Assembly (NCBI RefSeq): GCF_009834535.1
Contig: NC_045698.1
Coordinates: 8,062,001 to 8,126,000 of the forward strand
Source: Camelus ferus
Lineage: Eukaryota
DNA: 64,000 nt
Reading direction: 5' to 3'
Shown here piece by piece: positions 11,541 to 25,029 of the stretch. Position numbers and translations under genes: made by a program. The notes below the pieces were generated by a model that worked only from the letters and a program-made list of their open reading frames with translations, was not told the origin of the DNA and did no database searches. Positions within the stretch are counted from its first letter, which is position 1. The number at the start of each line of letters is the position of its first letter.

Positions 11541-13829
11541 AGACCAGCCTTCCTAGAAAGTTGAAGAAAACATCCTTCCTCTCGACACGATGCCAGGGGT
11601 CACCAGGGGTCCATGACAGGAATGAAATGTGCCTTGTCTCTTAAGCTTCCACTCAGATGCTCCTTGGTGCCCATATCCTGACCTCAGGCTCTGATGCCAT
11701 TTCCCAGAGAAAGAGCAACTATTTGGCAGCACGATGAAAACGTGCCGCACTTTCCGATTAGACTGCATGTGGCATCTTCTCTTACCAAGTTGAATTTAGT
11801 CAAAAGAACACCAGTTGAGCATGGGGAACGTTACCTACTCACAGCAGAGCACCTTCTCACTCTGCAAACAGCGCTCAGCATGACGAGTACAGACACTCTC
11901 CTGCAGGTCAAGTTCCGCACTCTGCATTCTTTTGCATCGAGCAGAATCCTTTGGTTGCAAGTGACAACAACGCCAAGAGGAGGAACCAACAAGCGAGCAA
12001 AGGAGAGCGGCTCCCCAGGCCAGGGAGCTTGTCTGCTGGCTTCAGTAAGCTCCGGGAGGGCCGGCTCCGAAGGAGCCTCGGGGCCCTCTCTCCTGGGTCC
12101 CCATCACCGCTTCTGTCCACGTGCTGGCCCTGATCTCTTCCAAGGACTGCCTTGGCCCCGGCTCCTCGCACTTCACCACCAGAGATAACTATAAATGCAC
12201 ATCGCCCTTTTTGGTCCCAAGTCTAAAACTTCTAGGAAAGGGCTCTTACAAGCTCTGCCTGGGCAAGGAGCTGAATCCCAGAGCAGTCAGTCACTGTCAG
12301 CAGAAGGAGGGACACTGTCACTGGTCACTGCTGGAAAAACCACCATCCTCCTGCAGCCTCGGATAACGGCTGCTCCCCTGGTAACTACGCGGATAGAACA
12401 CAGACAAACACATTTTCCAGAAAAGAAGCAGCTGCTTTTCTGGACACAGATACTGATAGATGTCTACTGCACACTACTGGAGAGCATCTCCATTTTTACA
12501 TAGTCTTACGGTATTCATTTGTACCAACTTTCCCCTACTCATGGGCAAAGATCCACTCTCTTACTACAGAAGTCTAAGCCATTTAAACCAGCATCCTGTC
12601 TCAAAATAGGCTTGAAGCTCTATGAGAACACAGCAGGCTTTTAATGTTGTTTAGAACCACCTGTGAGGGATCTAACAGGCTGCTCTTGCCCCCAAAAAAG
12701 AGCGCCACTAACACACGTGACCGAGTCCTCCTTCTCAGCACTTTGGATTTGCTGCTCACATCATCAACAAAAGGGCGTTTCGCACACACCTTCGGTTTCA
12801 ACAGCAAAGGTGACTGCTTATCTTTGACCATTTCTATTTCCACTACGTCTTTATTCCTTCAAATAACGACCACTTTTATATTGAGAGTTACATTTTATCC
12901 ATATATGAATGACCTCATACAAATAAACACCCCCAATTTCATGGCGTCAGATGAACACAGGATTCCTGAATGAAACCATAACTGACCTTCAGAGAGGGCT
13001 TTTTAAAGACTATAAAAGGACCAAATAAAAGGAAAAGCTTCCCTGAGAACATCTGTCTTACCCGTTATCGGTCCTGCCATGGGATCTCCGAAGTCGACCC
13101 TCGTGCTCAGATCCCTCTCGTACATCACAAGACGGAAATCAACACCCAAGTCAAAGAGCTTTATGGGTTTAAGCAAAAGTAACCTCAGCTGTTTCTTTAA
13201 CTTAATAGAGTCAAGTAGGATGTGCTGGGCCCCTGATAAGGGACACTTGATGGCAACCAGTTCTGTGAGCTTTAATTGCACTGTTGATGTTAGCAGAGTC
13301 CCAGGGAATTAGCATTTTGTCTGCATTAGGGTCTTGACAGACGAAGTTAAGCTACTGGGGAGACAGAAACGGGAGACACGCAGAGATGCTAAGATAAAGG
13401 CGTCAAGTATTAACCATCCTCAGGGAAGGGCGTGTTCACTGGCTGCTGGTCAGGGGCCTTCCTGACATCACTAGGTCACGCTTCTGGCCCAGGCTCACCT
13501 CCGAGCGGGACGCCTCCACTGAAGGCAAGCCGTCCCATCCTGAGAGCGACTTCTTCCCACAGACCCAGTCCTCTCTGAATTTCCCTCCTTCAGTTATTTT
13601 TCAGCAATGCCAGGGCTTCTCATTACCCTTGGCAAGAAAGTTTAGAGTGAATTCTGATAGCCTGCTCACCAGTTTACGTTCAGTCTCCAAATGCCAACTG
13701 TGATTTCCTCTGTGAGTTTCCTCCTATTCATTGGTCCCAAGTGTTAGCCCTTTCCTGTGGATGAACTGAATCATCCTCTGAGTTCACGGGGCCAGTGTCC
13801 ACCACTCCCAGTCCAGTCCACAATTACTT

Positions 13830-14182
13830 TCCTGATCAGTCTTTCTAAAATACAGCCTTGCACATGCCAGTTTCCTGCTCAAAGCCCTCAACGCTTTCCC
13901 ATTGCCTTTAGGGGATAAAAAATAATTTAACTTAAAGGAAAAAAAAAGTCAGGTCCTCCTCTCCCTAGAGGCTCCAACCTCTCTCCAGATAAATCTCCAG
14001 GATTTCCCTGTGGCTGCTGTTGCATTAGTCTATGCAGTTTTCTTCGAACATGTCTCTAGTTTTATGACTTCTCTGTTTCCCCAATCTTCCAAATACCTGA
14101 TAACCTGGAACAAAAGTTACCAGAACAGCCTGGTACCAAGTACAAAATAGGCAGTTGGGAATTCCGTCTGTGGAATGAATGA
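13830..14182 (+). mobile_element. L2 3' fragment
   Basis: Motif tgatcagtctttctaaaatacagc...cctgctcaaagccctcaa..ctttcccattgcc; ends in ...ggaatgaatgaa. Confidence 0.55.
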
Positions 14183-14320
14183 AGGCATATGTATGTAACA
14201 TACAGACACAACTATTTTCCGATGGCTGGCGAAAGTGTGTCTTAATCCCATGTTCTCTACAGGACTGCAGTTACAATTTTTACTTGCTACATCAACCAGG
14301 TATACAGAATTTTCCTAAAT

Positions 14321-14360
14321 CACACACACACACACACACACACATACACACATACACACA
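14321..14360. repeat. Imperfect (CA)n microsatellite
   Basis: cacacacaca...cacatacacacatacacaca seen directly. Confidence 0.95.
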
Positions 14361-14559
14361 ATGCACACCCTTGATCCATCCACTCCTCCCTTTTGAGTCT
14401 CCAACTCCGTTCATGGCCAGGATGTCTCGATCCAGTCGTCAAAACTAGAACCTCAGAGCTTTCCTCAGTTCCAACCTCTACTCACATTGAAGAGTTACCC
14501 GCATTGCAATATGACAACAGAACAGCAATCACAAAGCCTTCCAGTTGGCAACAGTTTAC

Positions 14560-14964
14560 TGTCACGTGTTGAGCTGTATCTCCCCCAAAGTGACATGTTA
14601 AAGTCCCGATCCCCCTATACTTCAGAATGTGTCTTTATTCAGGTCACTGTAGACACAGCTAAGATGAAGTCACCCTGGAGAAGGGTGGGCTTATCCAGTA
14701 CGACTGGCTGGCATTCCTATAACAAGCGATCTTTTGGGCACTGACGTGCACCCAGGGAGAGCACGGTGTTTAGTGCGGAGCTTCCTGAAGCTACTCGAGA
14801 CCCCTGGAACAGATCCTCCCTTAGCGTGTTCAGAAGGAGCGCGAACTCTGCCAACAGCCTGATCTCAGACTTCCAGCTTCGAGAACCTGAGACAGTGAAT
14901 TTCTATTGTTTAAGCCCATCATTGTGTGGCACTTTGCTTTGGCAGCCCCCAGTAAACTAACACA
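14560..14964 (+). mobile_element. MaLR solo LTR (MLT1B/C-like)
   Basis: Motifs tgtcacgtgttgagctgtatctccccc...tcagaatgtg...ctggaacagatcctccct...gacttccagc.tc.agaac.tgagaca...ggcagccccc.gtaaactaacaca. Confidence 0.85.
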
Positions 14965-16467
14965 CTGAGTCCCAACCAACGTGCAAGAAGGCTTTTCAGG
15001 TGTAGAGTTCACAGTAACGCTCACAGTAACCATGGGGTCACTGACAGTTAGGGATGCACATTTTACAGCTGGAAACAAAAGCTTAGAAAAATGATGTACT
15101 GAAGCCATCACCCCGCTTATAAACAGCAGAGCAAACCAAAACATCTGCGATTCCAAAACTCAAGTTCATAGCCACTCAACTCCTGGCCTCTGGAGGACCT
15201 CTCCATGACGCCTTCGCAGGCTGGGACAAGGTCGCGTGCAGGCGGCCCTCACGGCCCTCACACCAGCTCTGGTGCACGATATTGCAGAGTTTGCACTTAA
15301 GATACTCCTTAAAGTGAAACATGGAAACAGAAACTTGAATAAAACAATGCATTTGATTTCAGCCAAGCCCCTGTTCACAGAGAAGGTCCCAAAGGCAACC
15401 TTATTTTTATCTCATTTATCAGCTGTGTTATTTAAAACGAAATGAGTCATAAACGAATCGAACATGCTTGGCTGCACATTTTTTACTGTTTCTTTTATAA
15501 CGCAAACATACCATTAAAATGGTAGCATCACACTGTGCACAAATAATGAAAAAACTGAATTCTGAAAACATTTCAAAGTTTATACTTCATCTTCACACAC
15601 AGTGTATGACTGCATGACAAAGCAACTAACAACCCAAACATTTCCTCGCTATTTCAAGAGAGAGAATTATGGAAAGTACTGAATACGAAACATAACTGCC
15701 TTTTCTTTAAGAATTAACCATAGGTAACACTCCTCGAAGAAATGTGTACTGTCTTTTTTAAAAAGATATCCTAGGGCAGAGTTGGGAGTTGTTCTGGAAA
15801 ACTCTCTTTGTGAGAAAGCTGTCCTCATACCAGCACGGACCAGGGCTACATGTAGAGCAGCAGTTCTCAAAGTCTGGTCCAGGAACCCCTGGACTCCTTT
15901 CCCGGAACCTCTAAGGATAAGACTATTGTCAGATCAATACCAAGGTCTTATTTGCACTTCTGACGTTGTTGACATTCCCCCCGAAGCTGCAGAGGCAACG
16001 GTGGGTAAAACTGCTGGTACGTTTGCAGAAATCAAGCCAGCGACATCAAACTGATCCCTGCAGCCATTATATTCGTCATTGTCACATACTGGCAGTTAAA
16101 AAAAAAAAGTGCCAATTCCAATTAAGAATGTCCTTGACACAGCAGTAAAAATTGATTAATTTTATCAAATCTTGACCCTTGATTGCACTTCTTTTTAATA
16201 TTCGCGGTGATAAAATGGAAACGAGGCATAAAGCTCTTCTGCTTTACTACTGGTTCTCTCCTGGAGAAGCACTTGCTCGTGTGCCGAGATGTGAAATGAG
16301 CCAGCCGCTCTCTTCATAGGACACTCCAAAGAAAGACTGACAGACTAGCTGTGGTTACTCAGTCTTGAGTATTTGCAGGCATTTTCTTATGAACCACGAT
16401 GGACAAAGTGAGCCCCTGCCTTCAAGGAAAGTAACTGACAGTATTCAAACTTCCACGACAATATTAA

Positions 16468-17403
16468 CCAAGCAATTCTCCAATGAAGACATACAAGTGG
16501 CCAACAGGTACATGAAAAAATCCTCAATATCACTAATTATCAGAAAAATGCAAACCAAAACTACAATGAGGTATCACCTCATACCAGTCAGAATGGCCAT
16601 CACACAAACAATAAATGCTGGAGAGAGTGTGGAGAAAAGGGAACCCTCCTACACTGCTGGTGGGAATGTAGTTTGGTGCAGCCTTTACAGAAAACAGTAC
16701 GGAGATTCCTGAAAAAACTAAAAATAGACCTCCCCTATGACCCAGCAATCCCACTCCTGGGCATATATCCAGTGGGACTAATTCGAAAAGATACATGAAC
16801 CCCAGTGTTCACAGCAGCACTGTATGCAATAGCCAAGACATGGAAGCCACCTAAATGTCCATGGACAGATGACTGGGTAAAGAAGTTGTGGTATATTTAT
16901 GTAATGGAATACTACTCAGCCATTAAAAAAGAATAAAATAATGCCATTTGCAGCAACATGGATGGACCTAGAGATTATCATTCTAAGTGAAGTAAGCCAG
17001 AAAGAGAAAGAAAAATACCATATATCACTCATATGAATCTAAAAAAAAAAAAAAAAAAAAGAAAGAAAAAGAGGACACTAATGAACTCATCTACAAAACA
17101 GAAACAGAGTTGCAGACATAGTAAGTAATCTTATGGTTACTGGGGGAAAAGGGAGAAGAAGGGATAAATCTGGGAGTTTGAGATTTGCAAATGATAACCA
17201 CTATATATAAAAATAGATTAAAAAACAAATTTCTTCTGTATAGCACAGGGAACTATATTCAATATCCTGTAATAACCTTTAATAAAAAAGAATATGAAAA
17301 CAAATATATGTATGTACATGCATGACTGGGCCATTATGCTGTACACCAGAAACTGATACATTGTAACTGACTATACTTAAATTAAAAAAAAAAAAGAAAA
17401 AAG
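16468..17403 (+). mobile_element. 5'-truncated lineage-specific L1 (ORF2 C-terminus, 3' UTR, poly(A))
   Basis: Peptide KQFSNEDIQVANRYMKKSSISLIIRKMQTKTTMRYHLIPVRMAI. Motif atgccatttgcagcaacatggatggacctagagatt. Internal A-tract near 17041 and terminal A-tail 17384-17403. Confidence 0.95.
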
Positions 17404-17597
17404 AATGTGGGAAAACTTGGACCGGCCACCTTGAATTTAAACATTTCCTAGTATACAAATACTTTCTCATGATATTATTGGTAATACTAACAAACACAAC
17501 TTTTAAAAATATGTCATTTAATGAAATATATCAACCTTCAGAATGTCGGCGCCATCAGCAGTACACAGCAACGTCATACGTGGGTAAGAGACCCACT

Positions 17598-17853
17598 GAT
17601 GACACCTGCACCCCAGTGTTCATAGCAGCACTATTTACAATAGCCAAGACATGGAGACAGCCTAAGTGTCCATCAACGGATGACTGGATAAAGAAGACGT
17701 GGTCTATTTATACAGTGGAATACTACTCAGCCACAAAAACCGACAACATAACGCCATTTGCAGCAACATGGATGCTCCTGGAGAACGTCATTCTAAGTGA
17801 AGTAAGCCAGAAAGAGAAAGAAAAATACCATATGAGGTCGCTCATATGTGGAA

Positions 17854-17887
<34 letters not shown>

Positions 17888-18198
17888 CAAAAACAAACAA
17901 AGCATAAATACAAAACAGAAACAGACTCACAGACATAGAATACAAACTTGTGGTTGCCAAGGGGGTGGAGGGTGGGATGGGATAGACAGGATTTCAAAAT
18001 TGTAGAATAGATAAACAAGATTATACTGTATAGCACAGGGAAATATATACAAGATCTTATGGTAGCTCACAGAGAAAAAAATGTGACAATGAATATATAT
18101 GTTCATGTATAACTGAAAAATTGTGCTCTACACTGGAATTTGACACAATATTGTAAAATGAATATAAATCAATAAAAAATGTTAAAAAAAAAATAGAG
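17598..18198 (+). mobile_element. Young 5'-truncated L1 with a different 3' UTR subfamily
   Basis: Uninterrupted ORF2 C-terminus DTCTPVFIAALFTIAKTW...SEVSQKEKEKYHMRSLICGI*. CpGs retained. TSD agagacccact at 17587-17597 and 18199-18209. Confidence 0.95.
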
Positions 18199-19469
18199 AG
18201 AGACCCACTCAGCTAGTCACAATCCATTCAAGACCGAGCAGTGGATTTACGTAACACAGTACAAAAAGTTCATTGCTGCATTTTAAAATTCCTTGTTTCT
18301 ACTAACTTTTAAGAAACTACAACTTACAGAGTTTTGATGCAATATTAAAGAATAAAATCATCTAAAAATTTATGAGAACATTCCTTCCTTTTCCAACTAC
18401 ATATCTGTGTGAGGCCAGATTTTCCTCACATATTTCAAACAAAATGTATTACAACAGACTAACCAAAGAAGCAGATATGAGAACATAGCCAGCCAGCAGA
18501 GAGGTTTTCAAAATATGCAAGAATGCCGTATTTGGAAAAATACTGTTATTTTAAATGAAATACGTACATCAATACATAAGGGGTTTAGTATCATGACTTT
18601 AAAATGAATTCTCAATGAATACATTAAATCCCATATTTAAACATGCCTCAATTTTGAAACCTGACACAGTACATATTAATAGATGTAACTCACACAGACA
18701 AAAGCTCTTTGAGTTCTTCTGAAATTTTTAAGTCTATACGAACGAGTGGGAGTCCCGTATTTTGAGAACCACTGTCCCCAAGGATTTGAATGGAAGAGCT
18801 GGAGACAATGAAATAATAGGCCAAAGGATGCCTGAGTACGGATTTCATTCCAAGATGCAGAAATTTATTCCACTTATCATCATCTGACAGATTTCCAAGA
18901 GACAATATTTTTAATTACTTTCACCTCAAAACTTACAGTGATAGTTGAGGCAGGAGGCAAACGCCATGTGTCCTGATGTTTGAATGTCAGTTAGCACCTT
19001 ACACTCTGGACAAGCTGGCTGATAAAGGGCCTTGGTGCTGAGCACAGCCTCACAAAGTCACCTTTCTCTACTTCTGCCGAATGACATCACATTTCTAAGT
19101 TGGTAAACTGGTAAACTATGTCACTGTAATGGCATCCAGTCATCAAAGCTTCATGCCTTACCAAAAGCATGGCAATTTTTAAACGATACAAAATCCTTAC
19201 AAAGTAAATGGTTGTCTCTTGTTCCCTGACTAGATGCTAAAGCTTAGAAAGCAACATGGAAATCTGAAGAGTAAAATTCCTTTCTCCGAAACTCTGTATA
19301 CTTCGCTTTGAAAATGTCTAAATAATTGGATTATCTCTCATTTAGTTGTGTCTCTCAACAAGCTAGTTCTGTTAATCCCATGATCTTGTTTCTGCCGATT
19401 TTATCCACAAACACATTCCTAAAGGAGGATTTTCAAATTGCTCACGCCAGGCTTTTTTGCACAGGCAGT

Positions 19470-19695
19470 ATGGAAGTGAGCCTCAGGGCACGGGCTGCCC
19501 CCATGAACCCAAACTCCATGCTGTACAGTCTGAATGATGCTGCAAGTGACAACGTGTGTCTGCGTCTCAGCTTCTTCAGCTGCGAAACGGGGCCAGGAAC
19601 AGTCCTCCACAGGGTTTTGTGAGAATTAAAGTGAGTTGCATTTGGTGAACACTTGAGAACAGTGCCTGGTGTGTGGTGGCCCCTTACTGTAGTAC
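19470..19695 (+). mobile_element. MIR SINE
   Basis: Motifs gtctcagcttcttcagctgcgaaacgggg...acagggttttgtgagaattaaa.tgag...cttgagaacagtgcctgg. Confidence 0.75.
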
Positions 19696-20602
19696 AGTTG
19701 GCAAAGCTATTGACTTGGGTCATGTTTCCATGACAAGTGTCCAGAAAATCTTGGGTTCCTCTGCTGAGACGGGTCTGATCCCTTGCTGAGGGCACGTCCA
19801 GACTGAGACCACCGAGGAGGACAACTGCCCAGTCTCGACAAGCAGAATGCTGGGGGGCTTGGCCAGCCATGCAGACACCTTGGCACCTGCAGCCAGCTTG
19901 GATCCTTACACAGTCACGGATCTTTACACAATCACTTCCAGCACCAGTGCGTCTCATTACTCTGACGCAGCAGGTAAAAGCGGCGGCTGGTTGATGGGTA
20001 TGAAACATACACATGAAAACATTAGACATGATGCTCTCAAAAGAAATAATCCCATTTCCTGGTTGTTGTCATCCATTTGTTCACTTCTGAGTTTGATGCT
20101 GTAGAGTCTGTGGCCTCTGGGGGAGCACAGACCCCTTTGCAGGATGGATGATCTTAGCTGCCCCTGCCCATGGCATCATGAATCAGGTGGATAACACTCA
20201 GATTTCCTGAATGGGGAAAACAGAGAAGGTTCCCTGCTCTTGTGAGTAGGGTGTAGGTTTGGTCTCTAGCAGATGAGAGTGGGATTGTGGTCCTGGAGAA
20301 GCAAATGTGGGTGGGAACTAGCCCCGCCTCCACTGAAAGGCAGGGAAGGTGGATGGAGCACAAGAGTATATAAAGGCTGAGAAGGCTTAAGCAGAGGAAA
20401 CTATTCTGCCTGGTGACCCACCGGTCCTTGGTCATCACCGGCAGCCTCAGAGATGCCCACTGTCATGCTTTCCTGGTTCCTCGGGTCCAGTCAGCCTCCC
20501 CACCTGCTCCTTCTCCCCTGAAGGTTTCCAGTGTGACGACCAGGCTTGGGGCTTCACCGACTACAGAACCCCTAGTCACCCACAATGCACCCCCCAGCCC
20601 AG

Positions 20603-20780
20603 ACATTTCCAGATTTAGCAAATAAAACTACAGGATGCCCAATTCAACTGGAAGTTCAGCCAAACAGCAAGTTTCTAGTGTATGCCCCATGCCATATTTG
20701 AAACAGTTATACTAAAATGTGTTCGTTTATCTGAAATTGAATTTTAACTGGACGTCCTGTATTTTCTCCAGCAGCCCCAG
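20603..20780. mobile_element. MER53 palindromic hAT MITE
   Basis: The ends ccagatttagcaaataaaactacaggatgccca and tttatctgaaattgaattttaactggacgtcctgtattttc form imperfect inverted arms. Confidence 0.85.
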
Positions 20781-23029
20781 CCCTGCCCCACTATTTGCGC
20801 AGCCTCTCCTCCTCCGAGCAGCCCCCCGCCCCCCTCCCATCCTCTCCAGGGAGCAGGCTTTTGTGAGGGATGCTGTTCTCAGACAAGATGGGTCTGCAGC
20901 ACAGTCTTCCCCTGGGATTACAGATGGTAGGGGGCGGGGAATAAAACAGAACTAAACAGGAATAAGCATCTTCATATATGATCCGTCCACATCTGCTTCC
21001 TCACCCAGGGTCCAGCAAACAGGAAGCAGGTTTGATCCTCTCAACTGAGGTAGCTGAAATGAGCTAGGAGATCAATTAGATTCCAAAGCCTGAGCTTCCA
21101 GGACTATGGGTTGAGGTGTGGACCATGAAAGGTCTGCATTATCATTTAAAAAATTTAATGCAAACAGCCATGAACGGCTTGTTCTTAAAGGATTCCCTCA
21201 AACTTGATGATTTTTCCCTCTTTTTGCCCCTCTCCAAGACTCTAAAAAATATAAAACAATGCATTTTTGTTTCCTGAAGATTCATTCTTAGGAGAGAAAA
21301 AAAGCACAACATTCTAGATCCTTAGAAATGATCCTTCACTCAGCACTGCAGTCAAGGGCAATTTGCAAGGACAGGGAGTGAGGTAAAACACTTTTGTTTC
21401 AACGCTAAAATGTGCATTTTTGTATTAAAATCACATACGATATATTCATTACAAACACTGGAAGAGCACCCCGTTCCTGTCCCTCCTGTCCCCCGGGAAG
21501 AAGAAAAGATGGCTCTTTGCAGACTCAGCTGCTCTGGATTTTCCTCTCATCCTTCCCACGGAGATGACTTTCTCCAGGAGCACGCTGATCTTTACTGCTC
21601 CGTTATGTTCTAGTCCAGGTAGGTTTCAATTTGAATGACTGAGGGTGTCCTCAGGAAAATGAGTAAATCAGAGGAGGGCAGGGAAGAGTCTTAGAAGGAA
21701 CAGGGCATCTGGGAGCCAGATCCTTGGAGCGCGTGCATTCAGGACGGGTGCGGGAATTAGATCACAGTCCAGTCAGAAGTCTACACTAAAGTCGCTTCCC
21801 TAGGCTAGTGGTCCGGCTTTTGCTTTCTCATTCATTGGTCTCTGCTCTCTGTGATTTGTGGATAAAATTCTCCCCCCAGAGGTTGGCCTGTCTTATCTGT
21901 TCCGAGAGGGAGGTTGGGAAGGGGGGCTGTGTTTCTCCGGGTAGGTCGTGCTCTCCTAGTTGGTGGGTGTGACCATCACCCCTAATCAGAGGGAAGGCTG
22001 TAGGCAGAGGGAAAGGTCAAGGGAGATGGAGAGGGTTCCCTGACCTGGAGATGGTCCTTCTCACCCTCTGGGCTGAAATCTTGGAGGTATGTGCTCTGGT
22101 TTCAACAAAGGAAGTTGTTCCCTTATACCCCACAGTCCACTCCTAAGCTAACTATTTGTCTGGGGTCGTGGGAGAGAGAATCAGGTGCGAGGCTGGGGGC
22201 TGGCAGCAAATCCCATTAATACTGAATGTGAGAAGAACTGGGCTCACCTGCCTCTGGGTGACTTAGAGAAAGGCAGGAAGAAAAGCTTTGCTAAGCTCAC
22301 CAGCCCTCTACTGACCGTTCCTGGAGAGGAGACCATGCTGAAGAACCACATGCAACTCCAAAGGCAGCCCCTGCTCCCCAGCTCTGCGAGCTGCCTGGGC
22401 GGCTGAGGGCAGCAGGGGGAAACCACCTCCTGGCAAGGCGAGGAGGTGAAAATGCCCAGCATTATGCCCCCCTGCATCCTGGGGCGGCCCCTGGCGGGTT
22501 CCCCAAATGCAGAGAGAAGCCAGGGGGGCCATTTCAGATGCCCTCTCTCCTCCGGAGACCCCGTCCCTCCTCTTGACCTACGTGCCCCACAGAGTCATCC
22601 TCGAGTGCTCACCCCGGGGTGGGCGGTGGGTGGCTAGACCTTGAACCCTAGTTGGACTTGCTGGCTTCCTCACCCAATCTTCAGCACGCGGTGCCTCACG
22701 TTGCTACGTCACTGTGTTTTCTGTGTGTCTTTCCCTTCAAGACTGAACATCCCCAGGTCATGGGCTGCCCCCGAAACTTCTCTCCTTTTCTATGCAATGC
22801 TTAGACTATTCCCTGGCATATAGCAGGTTCTTATAAACATAGCCGAACTGAACTGAGTTTGCTCCTAGAGATATAAATTGAGACTCCGGTGGGCAGAAAG
22901 ACTATTATTCCAGACATCAGGATAAAGCTAATTCCTACTTACTCAGTCTTGTTACAATTTGCTCCTGGAATCCAGCAGGCACAGTCCGGTATGGGGGTTA
23001 CAAGTTTCCAGAGTGGGCTTGGGAAGCAG

Positions 23030-23240
23030 ACGGCCTCCCTGAATTCCAGAACTCTTCCCATGAGGTCTGTGGCTCTGCGCAAGTCACCCCTCAGCTGAAG
23101 CCTCAGTTTCCTCCTCTTCTAAAACATGGGTGATAAGATTACGCTTTTTGCTGGGCTGTTGAGAGAACTTAATAATGTAATGATGCTAATTATTGAAAGG
23201 GACGTCTGGCACCGGGGAGAGTGTTCGGTGAACTTCAGCC
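23030..23240 (+). mobile_element. MIR SINE
   Basis: Motifs gcaagtcac.cc.cagctgaagcctcagtttcctc.tct.ctaaaa.atgggtgataa...gggctgttgagagaa. Confidence 0.75.
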
Positions 23241-23247
23241 ATTGGTA

Positions 23248-23910
23248 CAGATCTTCCTCGACTTACTGTGGGGTTACAGCCCAGTAAAAGCACCGGAAGT
23301 TGCAAGTATCTAAGTCCAAACAAGGTCCTACTGCTAAGCACAGGCGACTCTATTCAATACCTTGTAATAACCTATAATGACAAACAATATGGAAAAATAC
23401 GTACATATTACGTGTGTATAACTGAACCACCACGCCGTACACCTGAAACTAACATAACATGGTAAATCAACTACACTTCATCAAAATAAAATGCATTTAA
23501 TGCACCTAATTTACTGAACATCCCGGCTTAGCCCAGCCTATGTTCAACGTGCACAGGACACATAATTCGCCTACAACTGAGCAACATCCTCTAACACAAA
23601 GCCTATTTTATAATAAAGTGTTAATATCTCATGTAATTGATCGACAACGGGACTGAAAATGAGAAAGAGAATGGTTGTCTGGGTTCCGAAGGGCTGTAAG
23701 TAAGGGTGGTTGACCCTGGTGATGTCGTGACTGATTGGTTGCTGCGGCTCTGGCCACTGTCCAGCATCACGAGAGAGGATCACACTGCACATTGCTGCCC
23801 AGGAAAGATCAAAATTCAAAACCTCCAGTACAGCATCTACTGAATGCATAGCTCTTCTGCTACATCACAAAGCTGAATTTCTAAGTCAGTCCTAAGGCAG
23901 GGACCACCCG
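23248..23910. mobile_element. TcMar-Tigger element (MER47/Tigger5 type) containing an L1 tail
   Basis: Starts TA|CAGATCTTCCTCGACTTAC and ends GGGACCACCCG|TA (TA TSDs). Internal motif aacacaaagcctattttataataaagtgtt. Confidence 0.85.
23318..23490 (+). mobile_element. Short cetartiodactyl-type L1 3' UTR tail
   Basis: Motifs aacaaggtcctactg..agcacagg.gact.tattcaatac.ttgtaataacctataatg...aaatcaactacacttc, near-identical in layout to the tails at 26259-27006 and 58025-58242. Confidence 0.85.
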
Positions 23911-25029
23911 TAGTTATCTGCTGGCCACAGTACAGTGATTACCCCTCCTTCTTTGTTCAAGAATATACTCCTGGTCACAGCTTTTCTCCTGGTGCTGCTA
24001 ATTCCCATCAGCAGAAAGGGTGAGGCAATGGGAAATCAACCTGTCTTCACCATCCACTTCCACCACGCTTAGTCATCATCTCAGGTTAGTTCTTCGGGAT
24101 ATCCTGAATCTTGGTGCTTTTTCTAAAATGCGGATAACGGTGCCCAATCTACCGGTTGTTAAGGATTAGTACTTTATTAAAGCAATTTGTTGCACAATGA
24201 GCAATTTTATGAGTTTCTTCATTGCCTTTCTCACAGGCGCATGTGTGCGTGTGCACACACGGGCGCCCGTGCACACCTCCTTGCCATGGCGTAGCATCCT
24301 CCTTCTTGACTACCTCAACGCTGCTTACAGGTGCACTTCTCATCCCCAGAGAACCCAGGATTTTGTGGGCTGGAAACTGATACAATAATTTTGTGTCTCT
24401 TTGTATAAAAAGTTTAAAAGTACAAATACAAACGTAGGTTTTTTTTTAAAGGAGTATTTATTTTAAATGAGAACAGTGACAAGGAACAGTGGTGGGAGGG
24501 AAGGTCCTTCCAAGAGAGGGGCCAGGAATTCAGCTCTAAATTCACCCCCAAATTACTCCCCTTCCTCAACAGGCAGTCCACGCATCCTGTGGTTAAGTCT
24601 CCCCTTTTCTGCCAACCCTGCTTGTCCTGACTCAACTCTGCTCTTGGCTTGTGAGTTCATCTCCTCTGGTCCCCTGAGGTCAGGGATCAGTCACCTTCCT
24701 TTCCCTCTTTTTTGACCAGTTTCCTCCATCCATCCATTCCCTCCACTGGCCAGATGTCTCCATGCACGCCCCACCAGCCCACGTCCAATGAGGAGGAGAA
24801 GTGAGTTTGGGAACCTCTGTATCCCCAGTTCCTTGCAGCCTGCCGGAGCTGTGTGTTTGCCAAATGAAAATGAATGAATGAATGAATGAATGTGTCTCAG
24901 CATCCTGTCCACTCCCTGCTGGCAGTTTAAAGAGCACCTCTGGTTCTCTGATTGCTTTCCCAGGCCACCTCCCTCCCTTCTTTGCTCCCTTCCAGAGCTG
25001 GTGAATTAACACACGCTGATGTAGCCCTT

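Larger units (their letters stand above)
15858..18774 (+). mobile_element. hAT DNA transposon derivative (Charlie1a-like) carrying two L1 insertions
   Basis: Terminal inverted repeats CAGCAGTTCTCAAA (15858) and TTTGAGAACCACTG (ends 18774), 12/14 match. Internal Charlie1 motifs gtgggtaaaactgctgg, ttaagaatgtccttga, aagaaagactgacaga, ccaactacatatctgtgtgaggccagattttc. Confidence 0.85.

Noticed and set aside
10156..13312. Overlapping 100-164 aa ORFs on both strands
   Set aside because: No recognisable protein similarity, partly overlap an LTR16, and such lengths are expected by chance in GC-richer intron.
19442..20029. Longest ORF in the window (195 aa, minus strand)
   Set aside because: Runs through a MIR and shows no recognisable domain or delta-catenin sequence.
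24236..24277. 14-bp perfect palindrome CACGGGCGCCCGTG within GT/CA tracts
   Set aside because: Most likely a decayed (GT)n/(CA)n microsatellite junction; too short to support a function.
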